A stretch of 64,000 nucleotides of DNA, taken from an uncultured delta proteobacterium (GTDB lineage: Bacteria > Myxococcota_A > Polyangia > Polyangiales > Houyiibacteriaceae). The notes under the pieces are model-generated. The model ran no database searches. It was not told the origin of the DNA and worked only from the letters and a program-made list of their open reading frames with translations. Of this stretch, positions 36,426-46,945 are shown piece by piece. Position 1 is the stretch's first letter, and every line of letters starts with the position of its first letter. The stretch is from assembly GCA_963699755.1 (NCBI GenBank), contig CAVOVB010000003.1:320001-384000 (forward strand). The letters are read 5' to 3'. Position numbers and translations under genes: made by a program.

Positions 36426-38579
36426 GTGAGTAGCGGACCCGTCATCGGGATCGACCTAGGAACGACCAACTCTGTCGTTGCGATTGCGGACCAGCCGGGA
36501 GGGCGGGTGCTGGCAGACACGGAAGGGTCGATGTTGACTCCCTCGGTCGTTTCGTTTCATCCAAGCGGCGACGTGTTGGTGGGCGCCTCTGCGAAAGAGC
36601 GGCGCCTCCTCGATGCGAAGAACACCGTGTACTCGGTCAAGCGGCTCATCGGACGTCCGTTTAACAGCTACGAGGTCAAGCACGCGCAAGAGCGGTTTGC
36701 CTTCGAGCTTTCGGAAGGTCCGAGCGGCGGGGTCTTGGTCACGGCCCGAGGTGAGACCTACACGCTCAGTGAGATTAGCGCGTTCGTGCTTCGACATGTC
36801 CGGAAGCTCGCGGAAGAAGCGCTGGGCAAAGAGTGCAGCAGAGCGGTCATCACCGTACCTGCCAACTTCAATGAGCTCCAGCGAAGCGCGACGAAAGCGG
36901 CCGGACGCGTGGCTGGTCTCGACGTGCTTCGTATCGTCAATGAGCCAACTGCCGCGGCGCTTGCATACGGCTACGACAAGACTTCGAAGGAGCGCGTCGC
37001 CGTGTACGATCTCGGCGGCGGCACCTTCGACATCACCATCCTGCAGCTCGCCGGAGATGTGTTCGAGGTCCTGGCGACTGCCGGTGACACCTTCCTCGGT
37101 GGCGATGACCTCGATACCACGATTGCTGACCACATGATCGAGCGCTTCCTCGCGGCTCATCGGTACGACGTGCGCCAGGACGTCCAAGCCTATGAGCGGC
37201 TGAGGGCGGCGGCAGAATGGGCGAAGATTCAGCTCTCGAACAAGTCGGAGGTCCAGCTTTGCATCGAGGAGCTCGCATATGGGGATGGCGGCGCGGCGCT
37301 CAACTTGGACTACGCGCTAACGCGCCAGCAGCTCGAGCACATGTGCCAGCCCCTCATAGGGCGGACCTTCGATGTCTGTGAGGATGCGATGAAGGCCGCG
37401 GGTCTACGTCCTACCCAGCTAGACAATGTGATTTTGGTCGGGGGTTCCACTCGAATTCCGCTCCTCCAGCGAATGGTCGCCGAGTACTTTGGGCGCGAAC
37501 CGCTGGTCAACATCGATCCTGACTTGGTCGTCGCGCAGGGCGCAGCGCTTCACGCACAATCCCTGTCCGTCCCCGCTCGGAAGGCTCCGTTCGCCAAGGT
37601 CTCTCTGAAGAAGGTCGCGCAGCCCGGCAGCGGGGCTCGAGGCGTGATTGAGGGCGAGCTGGAAGACGAGATCACCAACGTCGGCGCCGTTCCACGGCTT
37701 CCACCGCTTCCGCCTCCGCCGGTCGCTCGGGCGGCGCGCAAGGCAACGCTGCCAGGACAGGCTCCACCTCCTGCTCTTCAGCTCGACTCAAAGAACGACG
37801 ATACTCTGCTCGACTCGCCGACGCGCGCCCGCGAGCCGCGGTTCACCCAGCAGCCAACGCAGGTTGGTCCGCTTGATTTCCAGCGGTCGACTAACCAGGA
37901 CGCCTCCGGTTTGCTGATGCAGATCGGTGGCGAAGCCGAAGATGAGCTCGGGGACTTCGACCAGGAGCGCTCGTCGCTGCTGATGGAGCTGGGCGACGAC
38001 GCATTTGGGCGCGACTCGGTGCCAATGGACGAGGCCTCGCACACGGATGTCGAGTTCGATCTCGGTAGCCAGGCCCCCGCAACGCTGAGGGCCGCGCTCG
38101 ACGAAGAGGTTGACACGGTCACCGGTGCAGTTGCGGCTGTGGCGCCATCGGCACTTCCGCAGGGGCCGCTGCTTCTCGATGTGACCCCCCTCTCGCTGGG
38201 CGTCGAAACGGTCGATGGCTACTGCGAGCGGATCATCCGCCGCAACTCCGCGATCCCCACCGGGCAAACCAAGATGTTCACCACGGCCCGAGATCGGCAG
38301 GAAACCGTCGTCGTTCGCATCTGCCAGGGTGAGAATCGCAGGATGTCGGCGAACCAGCTCCTCGGTGAGGTCGTGCTCGATGGGCTTCGCCCAGCCGCTC
38401 GGGGCAAGGTTCAGATCGCAGTCCGTTTCATGATCGACGCCGACGGCACTCTCCAGGTCAGGGCGCAAGACGTTGGAACCGGACAGCAGCAGCAGATTGC
38501 CATCAGGCTCATCGGCGAGTTGCCCGAGGCACAAATAGAGCAGCTCCGCGAACGCCATGAGGCGAAGCTCGGAGGCTAG
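36426..38579 (+). CDS. Hsp70-family protein (atypical DnaK paralog with linker insertion and no lid)
   Basis: GIDLGTTNS, TVPANF, NEPTAAALAYG, DLGGGTFD, LVGGSTRIP, then about 200 aa low-complexity, then LLLDVTPLSLGVET. Confidence 0.9.
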   Translation: MSSGPVIGIDLGTTNSVVAIADQPGGRVLADTEGSMLTPSVVSFHPSGDVLVGASAKERRLLDAKNTVYSVKRLIGRPFNSYEVKHAQERFAFELSEGPSGGVLVTARGETYTLSEISAFVLRHVRKLAEEALGKECSRAVITVPANFNELQRSATKAAGRVAGLDVLRIVNEPTAAALAYGYDKTSKERVAVYDLGGGTFDITILQLAGDVFEVLATAGDTFLGGDDLDTTIADHMIERFLAAHRYDVRQDVQAYERLRAAAEWAKIQLSNKSEVQLCIEELAYGDGGAALNLDYALTRQQLEHMCQPLIGRTFDVCEDAMKAAGLRPTQLDNVILVGGSTRIPLLQRMVAEYFGREPLVNIDPDLVVAQGAALHAQSLSVPARKAPFAKVSLKKVAQPGSGARGVIEGELEDEITNVGAVPRLPPLPPPPVARAARKATLPGQAPPPALQLDSKNDDTLLDSPTRAREPRFTQQPTQVGPLDFQRSTNQDASGLLMQIGGEAEDELGDFDQERSSLLMELGDDAFGRDSVPMDEASHTDVEFDLGSQAPATLRAALDEEVDTVTGAVAAVAPSALPQGPLLLDVTPLSLGVETVDGYCERIIRRNSAIPTGQTKMFTTARDRQETVVVRICQGENRRMSANQLLGEVVLDGLRPAARGKVQIAVRFMIDADGTLQVRAQDVGTGQQQQIAIRLIGELPEAQIEQLRERHEAKLGG

Positions 38580-38582
38580 GCG

Positions 38583-39065
38583 ATGTCCGACGCGGCCGAT
38601 CGCTACGACTACTACCAACTTCTGGGGATCACCCCCGTCGCGAGCTCGGACCAGGTTCGCACTGCCTTTCATCAATTCGCGCGCGAGCATCATCCCGACA
38701 ATTTCGTCGGCTCCCCCGAAGAGAGCGCGCGCCATACCGAGCTCTACCAGCTTGGCAGTGAGGCTTACCGCGTTCTCCTCGATCCCCTCAAGCGCAAGCT
38801 CTACAATGAAGGTCTCGAGCGGGGCGTTCTTCGCTATTCGGAGGATCGGGCCGAAGAGAAGCGGCGGACGATCAAGCCGCCAGGCGGTGTCGTCCTCCGC
38901 TCTGGAAAGGCACGGGCGTTCTTCTCGCGCGCACATCGAGCGATCAAGTCCGAGGACTGGGCGCAAGCCAAGCTCAACCTCCGGATGGCGATCCAGAACG
39001 AGCCAGACAACGAGGATCTCAAAGCCAAGCTTGAAGAAGTTCTCGAACGGATGAGGTCTCGCTAG
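38583..39065 (+). CDS. J-domain co-chaperone with C-terminal TPR-like helices
   Basis: DYYQLLGI..HHPD..EAYRVLLDP; C-terminal helical repeat. Confidence 0.88.
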   Translation: MSDAADRYDYYQLLGITPVASSDQVRTAFHQFAREHHPDNFVGSPEESARHTELYQLGSEAYRVLLDPLKRKLYNEGLERGVLRYSEDRAEEKRRTIKPPGGVVLRSGKARAFFSRAHRAIKSEDWAQAKLNLRMAIQNEPDNEDLKAKLEEVLERMRSR

Positions 39066-39107
39066 TTTGGTAGCCTGGAGAGATTTCCGGGCTATGGTAG
39101 CGGCGTC

Positions 39108-39701
39108 ATGGGACGAACAGCGACGATAGAACGTCGAACCAAGGAGACCGACATCCGCGTGGTGCTCGATCTCGACGGCAGCGGCCAATATCAGGTGGAA
39201 ACCCCGATCGGGTTTCTCACGCACATGGTGGAGCAGCTCGCCAAGCATGGGCTGTTCGACCTCGAGGTGCGCGCCCTTGGCGACACGCACATCGACGGCC
39301 ACCACACCACCGAGGATCTGGCCATTGCGTTGGGGCAAGCCTTTGCATCTGCTCTCGGCGATAAGGCCGGCATACGCCGCTTCGGCTCGGCGACCCTGCC
39401 CATGGATGAAGCCTGCGTGACCTGCGCACTGGATCTATCGGGCCGCCCATACTTCGTTTGGGCCGTCACGCTGCCCAAGGCAAAGATCGGCGACTTCGAT
39501 GCCGAGCTTGCCGAGGTGTTCTTCGAGGGCTTCGCGCGCGGTAGCCAATGCAATCTGCACATGCGTCAACATGCCGGCGACAATCTGCACCACGTCATCG
39601 AGATCAGCTTCAAAGCCTTCGCGCGCGCCCTTCGGCAAGCGACCGAGATCGACCCTCGGGTCGTGGGCGTGCCTTCGACCAAGGGCACGTTGACCGAATG
39701 A
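39108..39701 (+). CDS. hisB: Imidazoleglycerol-phosphate dehydratase
   Basis: RRTKETDI, DGHHTTED, PMDE, NLHHVIE, PSTKG. Confidence 0.96.
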   Translation: MGRTATIERRTKETDIRVVLDLDGSGQYQVETPIGFLTHMVEQLAKHGLFDLEVRALGDTHIDGHHTTEDLAIALGQAFASALGDKAGIRRFGSATLPMDEACVTCALDLSGRPYFVWAVTLPKAKIGDFDAELAEVFFEGFARGSQCNLHMRQHAGDNLHHVIEISFKAFARALRQATEIDPRVVGVPSTKGTLTE

Positions 39702-40327
39702 AGACCGGCCGGGTAGCGATTGTCGATCTCGGCCTCGGCAACTTGCACAGCGTGGCCAAAGCGTTCGAGCGTGCCGGAGCGAATGCGGAGCTGAGCTCCG
39801 ATCCGGAAGTCTTGCTGCGAGCCGACCGCTTGGTGATGCCGGGGCAGGGCGCCTTCAAAGAGTGTGCGCATGCGCTCGCCGGGGAGATCGGCGACGCGGT
39901 GCGCGCATGGATCGACAGTGGTCGCCCCTACCTCGGCATCTGTCTCGGGATGCAAGCATTGTTCGAAGGCAGTGAAGAGGCGCCCGGGGAAAAAGGTCTC
40001 GGTATTTTCCCTGGGTATGTGAAGCGTTTCGCGACAGACTTGCGAGACGCGCAGGGCCGAAGGCTCAAGGTCCCGCACATCGGATGGAATCAAATCGAAA
40101 GCCGGCATCCGGTTTTCGAGAACGAGGAGTGGTACTACTTCGTTCACAGTTACTTCTGCGTCCCCGCCGACGAGAGCCTCGTGGTCGCCACGACTGACTA
40201 CGGCGGGCCGTTCTGCTCGGCGATCGCACGGGAGAACGTCCTGGCGTGCCAGTTCCATCCCGAGAAGAGCCAGCACGCCGGTGCTCGTTTGATCGGGCAC
40301 TTCCTCGGAGATGTGTCGTGGAGTTGA
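39698..40327 (+). CDS. hisH: Imidazole glycerol phosphate synthase, glutaminase subunit
   Basis: GNLHSV, PGQG, GICLGMQ, VPHIGWN, FVHSY, QFHPEKS; ATGA overlap with hisB. Confidence 0.95.
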   Translation: MKTGRVAIVDLGLGNLHSVAKAFERAGANAELSSDPEVLLRADRLVMPGQGAFKECAHALAGEIGDAVRAWIDSGRPYLGICLGMQALFEGSEEAPGEKGLGIFPGYVKRFATDLRDAQGRRLKVPHIGWNQIESRHPVFENEEWYYFVHSYFCVPADESLVVATTDYGGPFCSAIARENVLACQFHPEKSQHAGARLIGHFLGDVSWS

Positions 40328-41037
40328 TTCCGGCGATCGATTTGCTCGATGGCAAGGTCGTACGCCTCCACCAGGGCAAGTACGACCAGGTCACCATCTA
40401 CGACGACGACCCGCTGGCGATGGCGAAGCGTTTCGAGGACCAGGGGGCCGAGCGGCTACATGTCGTCGACCTAGAGGGCGCGCGCCGAGGACAGCCAGCC
40501 CATGTTCCCATCATCCAAAGCATCCTTCGCGAGACCAAGCTCCAGGTTCAGATTGGTGGGGGGGTTCGCAACCAAGACATCGCCGCGCAATGGATGGATG
40601 CCGGCGCCGCTCGTGTCGTGCTCGGCACCATAGTCGTCAAGGAGCCGGATGTCGCCCATGCGATTTGCGACTGCTATCCAAGAGCCGTGGTGATGGCGCT
40701 GGACGCGCGTGATGGAAAGATTGCGGTGGAGGGCTGGCAGGAGCAAAGTGAACAGAACGTCACCGAGCTCGCCAAGGAAGTCGACGGCTGGAACATCGGC
40801 GCCATCCTATTCACCAACATCCGCAAGGACGGCACGCGCGAGGGGCCGGACGTCCAAGGGACTGCGGGCTTGCAGTCACACGTCGGCACGACCGTCATCG
40901 CCTCGGGAGGAATTGGCTCGCTCGCCGATCTTCGGGCGCTCGCGGCTGCTGGCGTTCGTTCGTCGGTTTGCGGGCGGGCGCTCTACTCGGGCGCCTTCAC
41001 CCTGTCGCAAGCCTTTGCGGCGCTGAAAGAGACCTGA
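40318..41037 (+). CDS. hisA: ProFAR isomerase
   Basis: [45 protein letters not shown]. Confidence 0.93.
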   Translation: MELIPAIDLLDGKVVRLHQGKYDQVTIYDDDPLAMAKRFEDQGAERLHVVDLEGARRGQPAHVPIIQSILRETKLQVQIGGGVRNQDIAAQWMDAGAARVVLGTIVVKEPDVAHAICDCYPRAVVMALDARDGKIAVEGWQEQSEQNVTELAKEVDGWNIGAILFTNIRKDGTREGPDVQGTAGLQSHVGTTVIASGGIGSLADLRALAAAGVRSSVCGRALYSGAFTLSQAFAALKET

Positions 41038-41813
41038 TGCTGGCCAAGCGAATCATCCCCTGTCTCGACGTCAAAGAAGGGCGCGTCGTGAAGGGCATCA
41101 ACTTCGTGGGGCTCCGGGACGCGGGCGATCCGGTCGAGTCTGCGCAGCGGTACAGCGCCGGGGGGGCCGATGAGATCACCTTCCTCGACATCACGGCATC
41201 TCATGAAAACCGCCGAACGCTCTTCGAACTGGTCGACCGAACGGCCTCCACCGTGGCGGTCCCCCTGACCGTTGGGGGGGGTGTGCGAGAGCGGCGAGAC
41301 GTCAGCGAGCTCTTGCACGCGGGGGCCGACAAGGTTTCGATCAACAGCGCGGCGGTCGCCAACCCTAGCTTCATCAAAGAGATGGCCGAGGCATACGGAT
41401 CCCAGGCGATTGTCGTGGCCATCGATGCGAAGCGGGTTGCGGGCGAGGCCGAGCGCTGGACGGTTTACACGCATGGCGGAAGACGGGACACGGGGCTCGA
41501 TGCGATCGCCTGGGCCAGGCAGATGGCCGACTACGGCGCAGGGGAAATTCTCCTGACGAGCATGGATCGGGACGGAACTCAAGACGGCTACGATTTGGTG
41601 TTAACTCGCGCAGTTGTGGACGCAATCTCGATTCCAGTTGTAGCTTCGGGGGGTGTGGGAACCCTGGCGCACGTGCAAGAAGGACTCACAGCTGGAGGCG
41701 CAGATGCGGCGCTTGCTGCTTCTATCTTTCACGACGGCCGTTACACTGTGGCCGAGGTCAAGGAATACTTGCTCGAACATGGGGTTTGTGTGCGCCCGCC
41801 TGAGCGGGATTGA
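41037..41813 (+). CDS. hisF: Imidazole glycerol phosphate synthase, cyclase subunit
   Basis: [50 protein letters not shown]. Confidence 0.96.
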   Translation: MLAKRIIPCLDVKEGRVVKGINFVGLRDAGDPVESAQRYSAGGADEITFLDITASHENRRTLFELVDRTASTVAVPLTVGGGVRERRDVSELLHAGADKVSINSAAVANPSFIKEMAEAYGSQAIVVAIDAKRVAGEAERWTVYTHGGRRDTGLDAIAWARQMADYGAGEILLTSMDRDGTQDGYDLVLTRAVVDAISIPVVASGGVGTLAHVQEGLTAGGADAALAASIFHDGRYTVAEVKEYLLEHGVCVRPPERD

Positions 41814-41822
41814 GGGGAAGCG

Positions 41823-43613
41823 ATGAGCAGAGACGTCGGCGTGGGCCAACTGGTGGAGGAGCTGGAGCAGCGCGGCGATCGCCTCCCGTTCGAGATCGGC
41901 GCCTTCGTTGCTCTCGAGGCTTGTGAAGGGCTCCTCCGGCAATCCGTCAAGCTCGACGCGGACAGCGTCCGTGTGACCTTGGAGGGCGCGGTGCTCGTGT
42001 CAGACGGGGCGCAGCGGGCTGAGCCGGACGAGGCTGCCCGTTCGCTCGTCTCGGTGCTTGCGAGGTTGCTCATGGCAGCAGGCCCTGGTGTTCCACCCCA
42101 TCTCCTGCAGCTCGTAAAGGAGAGCGCGACCGGGCAGAAGCAGCGTGACCTACGGCATCTCCACGACGCCATCGAGGCCTCGCTGATCCCGATCAACCGA
42201 GGCGCGTCCCGACGCGTGCTCGCCCGTCTGGTTCGCGAGAGCGACCGACCGCCGGCACCCAAAGCCGCGCGAGTCGATCCACGAGAGCTCGATACGGAGC
42301 TCGAGGAGTTGCTGCGTGATCCTGCGACGAGAACGCCAGGCCCCGCGCAGGCCGCTTTGCCATTGGAGGAGTCGGGTGCGGAAGATCCGATCACAGAGCG
42401 AATCCGCATTCCGAGCGCGCTACCTCGGGCTACGGACGTCGATGCTCCAGCGGAAACGGTTCCAGTTCCTCGGTCGCGGCCTGCGATCGCGCGGAGCTCT
42501 GTGGCGGTCCCCGATTTGAAGCCCTTGCTGTCGCCCGAAACGTCCGCTGCGGTTGCCACCGCACCGGAACATCGGCTGCAGCGGGACCCAGAGCCTATCA
42601 CGGCGACGATTCGGAAGTGGTCCGCAGAGCAGCCGACGGAGCCGGCAACAGAAACGCAGTCAGCAACAGCGTTAGAGTCGGCGGCAGCGTCCGCGCCAGT
42701 GCCAGTGTCGGCGCCGGAGTCAGAGGCGGCGACAGAGACAGGATACGTGGCCGGGACCGGGGCCGCGTCGGTGACCGCGCTCGAGACCGCGACCGAGGCC
42801 GTGTTCGGGGGCGGTTCCGTGAATCGCGCGGAGTCCGTGCCCGCGCCGCTTCCCTCACGTGAGTCCGCGCCCGCGGCCGAGCCCGTCTACGAGAGAGCGT
42901 CGCTCCCCATTCCTCAGCCACCGAGGCGCGGTGGCGGCTTGGGGGTTCTCTTCGTCGCCGCCTTCTTGGGCCTCGGCTTGTACGCGCTGATCCGCACGGG
43001 CACGCTCGACGCGCTCCTTCAGCCTGCTGCATCCGAATCCACACCGGCGATGCCTGGCGTCATCGACCTCACAGTCACCCCGAGCGATGCACAGGTCTTC
43101 GTCTTCGTGGGTCGTGGCCCAGCGACCGCTTCGGGGCTGGCGGTCGATGCGAATCACGAGTTCATCGTCTTGGATCGCGGGCTTCGTCCGACGAGGGCTG
43201 TCGTCTCGCGTGGCGCGACTTGGACAAGAACCGAGAGTGGCCTGCTTTACGAGCTCGCCATTCAAGCCCCCGTCGTCACCGGCCCGTCCGACGCGTCCGA
43301 TTTCGGCAGCGCCGAAACTGAGCCGGCCGCTGCCTCAGGCGGTGAGGCCGGTACGGTCCGTATCATCACCAATCCCCTCGGTGCGAAGGTCTATCGCTAC
43401 GTGGGTGTCGGCCCGAGCGTGCAGATCCCAGCCGTGTCGATTCACGAGGGGCAGGAAGTTCTGGTTTATCACCCGGAGCACGAGACCCTGCGCGCCGTCG
43501 TCGGGCCAAGCGACTGGCAAGTCGGCGAGGGCCAAACGGTGCACCGGGCTGCGTTGGAAGTTCAGCTGCCGCCGATTCCAAAGTCAGTCGCCCCGGAAAC
43601 GCCGGAGAACTGA
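41823..43613 (+). CDS. Hypothetical bitopic protein: kinase-remnant-like N-terminus, low-complexity linker, TM, duplicated PEGA-like domain
   Basis: RLPFEIGAFVALEACEGL resembles kinase helix E; Pro/Ala/Thr/Glu linker; TM; two repeats P.DAQVFVFVGRGP and P.GAKVYRYVGVGP. Confidence 0.6.
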   Translation: MSRDVGVGQLVEELEQRGDRLPFEIGAFVALEACEGLLRQSVKLDADSVRVTLEGAVLVSDGAQRAEPDEAARSLVSVLARLLMAAGPGVPPHLLQLVKESATGQKQRDLRHLHDAIEASLIPINRGASRRVLARLVRESDRPPAPKAARVDPRELDTELEELLRDPATRTPGPAQAALPLEESGAEDPITERIRIPSALPRATDVDAPAETVPVPRSRPAIARSSVAVPDLKPLLSPETSAAVATAPEHRLQRDPEPITATIRKWSAEQPTEPATETQSATALESAAASAPVPVSAPESEAATETGYVAGTGAASVTALETATEAVFGGGSVNRAESVPAPLPSRESAPAAEPVYERASLPIPQPPRRGGGLGVLFVAAFLGLGLYALIRTGTLDALLQPAASESTPAMPGVIDLTVTPSDAQVFVFVGRGPATASGLAVDANHEFIVLDRGLRPTRAVVSRGATWTRTESGLLYELAIQAPVVTGPSDASDFGSAETEPAAASGGEAGTVRIITNPLGAKVYRYVGVGPSVQIPAVSIHEGQEVLVYHPEHETLRAVVGPSDWQVGEGQTVHRAALEVQLPPIPKSVAPETPEN

Positions 43614-44969
43614 TTCCACCTCGCTTCGAATCGAGTTGAGCTGCGACTCAGAATCCGCCTCGAATCGGAGGACGAGCGCTGGTTGCGTGTTGGAGGCGCG
43701 AACGAGCGCCCAGCCTCCGTCGAATTGGATACGCGCGCCGTCGATGTCGACCAGCTCGTGCGTAGGCCGATAGTGATCGATCATTTGCTGAACCAGATCG
43801 AACTTTCGGGCGTCGTCGCAGTCGACGCGAATCTCGGGTGTGGCGAAGGTCTTGGGCACGTCGCTCAGCATTTCGTGAAGTGGAACGTCGCTTTGGGAGA
43901 CGATTTCCAGGACGCGAAGCGTTGCGTAGATTGCGTCGTCGAAGCCGTAATAGCGATCAGCGAAGAAAATGTGTCCGCTCATCTCGCCGGCAAGCAAGGC
44001 CTGTTCCTCTTTCATCTTGGTCTTGATGAGTGAGTGGCCCGTCTTCCAGAGCACGCCACGTCCGCCGTGGGCTTGGATGTCATCGTACATGGTCTGGGAG
44101 CATTTGACCTCGCCGATGATCGTTGCGCCTGGGTGCTGTTTGAGAAGCGCCCGCGAGAGGAGAATCATGAGCTTGTCACCCCAGATGACCTCGCCGCGGG
44201 CGTCGATGACCCCTACGCGGTCCGCATCGCCATCGTAGGCGAAGCCGAGCTCGAGCCCGTCATCGAGGACGCGCGCTTTGAGCATCTCTAGGGTTTCAGG
44301 TTCCGTTGGGTCGGCGTGATGTACGGGAAAGGTTCCATCCATCTCGCAAAGCATCGCCACGGGGTTGAGCCCGAGCGCCTGCATAGTTGCGAGGGCCAAC
44401 GGGCCGCCCGCGCCGTTGCCCGCATCGATCGCGAATCGAATATCGTGTCGGTCGAGTTGGATGTCGCCCTGCGCCTTCTTCACATAAGCGGGGGTAGGGT
44501 CGATCGCTTCAATCGAGCCGCCCGGAGCCCGCTGAAAGCCTCCGTTCTCCATGACTGTACGAAGCTCACCGATGTCCCTGCCATACAATGAGCCCTTGCC
44601 CAGCATCATTTTGAAGCCGTTCTCATCCGGCGGGTTGTGGCTTCCGGTGATCTGGACGCCGCCGTCGAGGTCGAGCTCGTGCACGGCGAAGTACAGGAGA
44701 GGCGTCGGGCCGACACCGATATCCACCAGATGAAGCCCGGTTTCGATCAGCCCCGAACAAAGCGCTTCATGCAGTCGAGGTGAGCTCAAGCGGCAGTCAC
44801 GTCCAACTGCGACCCGCTGCAGACCCCGCTTCGCATAGAAGGTGCCGAGGCTCATACCCAAGGCCCGCACGAATGCGTCGCCGAAATCGCCTTCGGCGTG
44901 TCCTCGAATGTCGTATTCACGAAAGACGTGCGGGTTCAATAGATCACCGTCTTTGATCGCCTCGCTCAT
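43584..44969 (-). CDS. Phosphomannomutase/phosphoglucomutase
   Basis: FREYDIRG, GRDCRLSS, TGSHNP, DGDADR, GEMSGH, VRASNTQP. Confidence 0.94.
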   Translation of the reverse strand: MSEAIKDGDLLNPHVFREYDIRGHAEGDFGDAFVRALGMSLGTFYAKRGLQRVAVGRDCRLSSPRLHEALCSGLIETGLHLVDIGVGPTPLLYFAVHELDLDGGVQITGSHNPPDENGFKMMLGKGSLYGRDIGELRTVMENGGFQRAPGGSIEAIDPTPAYVKKAQGDIQLDRHDIRFAIDAGNGAGGPLALATMQALGLNPVAMLCEMDGTFPVHHADPTEPETLEMLKARVLDDGLELGFAYDGDADRVGVIDARGEVIWGDKLMILLSRALLKQHPGATIIGEVKCSQTMYDDIQAHGGRGVLWKTGHSLIKTKMKEEQALLAGEMSGHIFFADRYYGFDDAIYATLRVLEIVSQSDVPLHEMLSDVPKTFATPEIRVDCDDARKFDLVQQMIDHYRPTHELVDIDGARIQFDGGWALVRASNTQPALVLRFEADSESQLNSIRSEVESVLRRFRGD

Positions 44970-46020
44970 CAAGGGCGGCGACGACTTCGCGTACTTCTTG
45001 GGCACGTTCCCTCGGGACAATGAGAAGTGCATCGCCGGAGTCCACCACGACCAGATCGTCGACGCCGATCAGCGCCACGAGCTTGCCCTCCGGTGCTGCG
45101 ACGAAGTTGCCGCTAGCATCGACCGCGATCCCACCCTCCGGGAGCACGTTGGCGTGCTCGTCCTGCGGCGCGAGCTCCCAAGCTGAAGTCCAGCTCCCGA
45201 GGTCGGACCATTGAAACGAGCCAGGCACGACGCTGACGGCGCTGACCTTTTCCATGATTCCGTGGTCGATGCTCACGGCCGGCAACCCGGCATAGGTCTC
45301 CCGGATCGCGGCCGCTTCGTTTCCCGCTCGAGCGGCCTCGTCGTAGCGCTTGAGCTCCTGACCGAGACCCGGTAGATGCTGGTCGATCGCTTCGAGAATT
45401 CGAGAGGCTAGGAAGAAGAACATCCCGCTGTTCCACAGAAAGCTCCCACTCGTCACGAACTGCTCGGCGCGCCCGCGATTTGGCTTCTCGACGAAGCGCC
45501 GGGCCCGAAAAACACCAGGATCGAGCTCCGCACCGACCTCGATGTACCCATACCCGGTTTCCGCTCGTGAGGGGCGAATCCCGATCGTGACGTAGTCGCC
45601 ATGTGTGGCGGCTTCGAGCCCGCGGCGTAGCGTGTTGACGTAGGCGTCGGTCTCGCTGATGTAGTGATCGGCAGGTAGGACGGCCATGATCCCATCTTCG
45701 TCGAGCCGCTTCACGTGGGTCGCGGCCCAGCCGATACAAGGTGCCGTGTTGCGTCCAACCGGCTCGGCGAGAATTCGATGCGGCGGGAGCTCGGGAAGCT
45801 CTCGTTCGACCTGCTCGCGAAGCTGCTCCGAGGTCACGACGAAAGTGCGCTCGGCAGGGAGCACATTCCATACGCGCTCGGCAGTGGCTCGGAGGAGCGA
45901 ACGCTCATCGGGACCGAGGGCAAGGAACTGCTTGGGCCGGTTGCTACGCGACAGCGGCCAGAAGCGCGTGCCGGAGCCCCCCGCCATGATCACCGCGTAT
46001 GCTTTTTCGCTATTGGTCAT
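44944..46020 (-). CDS. manC: Mannose-1-phosphate guanylyltransferase
   Basis: MAGGSGTRFWPLSR..PKQF, EPVGRNTAP, PADH, TGYGYI, FVEKP, WNSGMF, WSDLGSW. Confidence 0.93.
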   Translation of the reverse strand: MTNSEKAYAVIMAGGSGTRFWPLSRSNRPKQFLALGPDERSLLRATAERVWNVLPAERTFVVTSEQLREQVERELPELPPHRILAEPVGRNTAPCIGWAATHVKRLDEDGIMAVLPADHYISETDAYVNTLRRGLEAATHGDYVTIGIRPSRAETGYGYIEVGAELDPGVFRARRFVEKPNRGRAEQFVTSGSFLWNSGMFFFLASRILEAIDQHLPGLGQELKRYDEAARAGNEAAAIRETYAGLPAVSIDHGIMEKVSAVSVVPGSFQWSDLGSWTSAWELAPQDEHANVLPEGGIAVDASGNFVAAPEGKLVALIGVDDLVVVDSGDALLIVPRERAQEVREVVAALDERGDQRR

Positions 46021-46035
46021 GCACCAGTCCCTGCC

Positions 46036-46845
46036 TCAGCGAGTGATCAGGAAAACCCCGAGGGGTATGAGGTAGATCGCAAACGTCCACATCCGCCCAA
46101 CGAGAACAATCTCGCGCAGGATAACAAGGGAGATGTATCCCGTCACGAGCGCCGTTGCACCGCCGACCCAAGCTCCGAAACCGAGCGATCCGAACCCTTC
46201 GGCCCCAGCCGCCTCGAAGGTAGCGGCCCCGACGATGGCCGGAAGCGAGACCAAGAAGGAGAAGCGAAACGCGGCGTCGCTCTGGACGCCCGAGAGCATG
46301 CCTATCGCTATCGTGACCCCGCTCCGGCTGATTCCCGGCAGGACGGCCACCCCTTGCGCGATTCCGATCCCGATCGCCTGGCGCCACGAAACCTCTTCGC
46401 CCGAACCCCGAGCGATGCCGCTAGCCATTAGGAACGCCGCCGAGACCAGGAACCCATAGCCGACCAGCTGAAGATCCGCGGCGAACGCCTCGGCGGTGTG
46501 GCGGAGGAACAATCCGATGGTACCGGTGACCAAGGTAGCGAGGAAGATCGCGACCAGCATGCGGCCATCCCGGGTGCTCACGAGTCGCCGAGGTTCGCGA
46601 AGGGCCGCACCTGCTTCTCGGATCAGCGTAGTGATGTCTCGTCGAAAAAGTAGGACCGTCGCGAGCAATGTGCCCAAATGAAGCAGAATGACCAGCGCGA
46701 GTGAGTTCTCGCGAATCTCGAAGTAATGCGCACCGATCGCGACGTGCCCGCTGCTGGAAACCGGCAGGAACTCCGTCAACCCCTGCAATGCGCCCAATGC
46801 GGCGGCGGATAGCGCATCAATTCCTTGAGACAAGTGAGATCCCAT
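46036..46845 (-). CDS. uppP: Undecaprenyl-diphosphate phosphatase (BacA)
   Basis: QGLTEFLPVSSSGH, LHLGT, PGISRSG, FSFL. Confidence 0.93.
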   Translation of the reverse strand: MGSHLSQGIDALSAAALGALQGLTEFLPVSSSGHVAIGAHYFEIRENSLALVILLHLGTLLATVLLFRRDITTLIREAGAALREPRRLVSTRDGRMLVAIFLATLVTGTIGLFLRHTAEAFAADLQLVGYGFLVSAAFLMASGIARGSGEEVSWRQAIGIGIAQGVAVLPGISRSGVTIAIGMLSGVQSDAAFRFSFLVSLPAIVGAATFEAAGAEGFGSLGFGAWVGGATALVTGYISLVILREIVLVGRMWTFAIYLIPLGVFLITR

Positions 46846-46945
46846 AGCGGTTGTGATGCGCCGCTGCAAGGAGCGTGGGCCAGCGTTCTTTCGGGCATGG
46901 ACGATGGCTGTTTTTGCCGGCTTCGACTACGCTTCGGCCGGCTTC

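Noticed and set aside
37788..39338. Long antisense ORFs (516 aa here; also 21639..22934, 59532..60836, 50745..51962, 9530..10558)
   Set aside because: They shadow well-supported genes on the opposite strand, are expected from high-GC codon bias, and show no recognisable motifs
40318..41037. HisA as a bifunctional PriA because trpF is absent from the trp cluster
   Set aside because: No diagnostic evidence I can verify by eye; trpF may lie elsewhere in the genome
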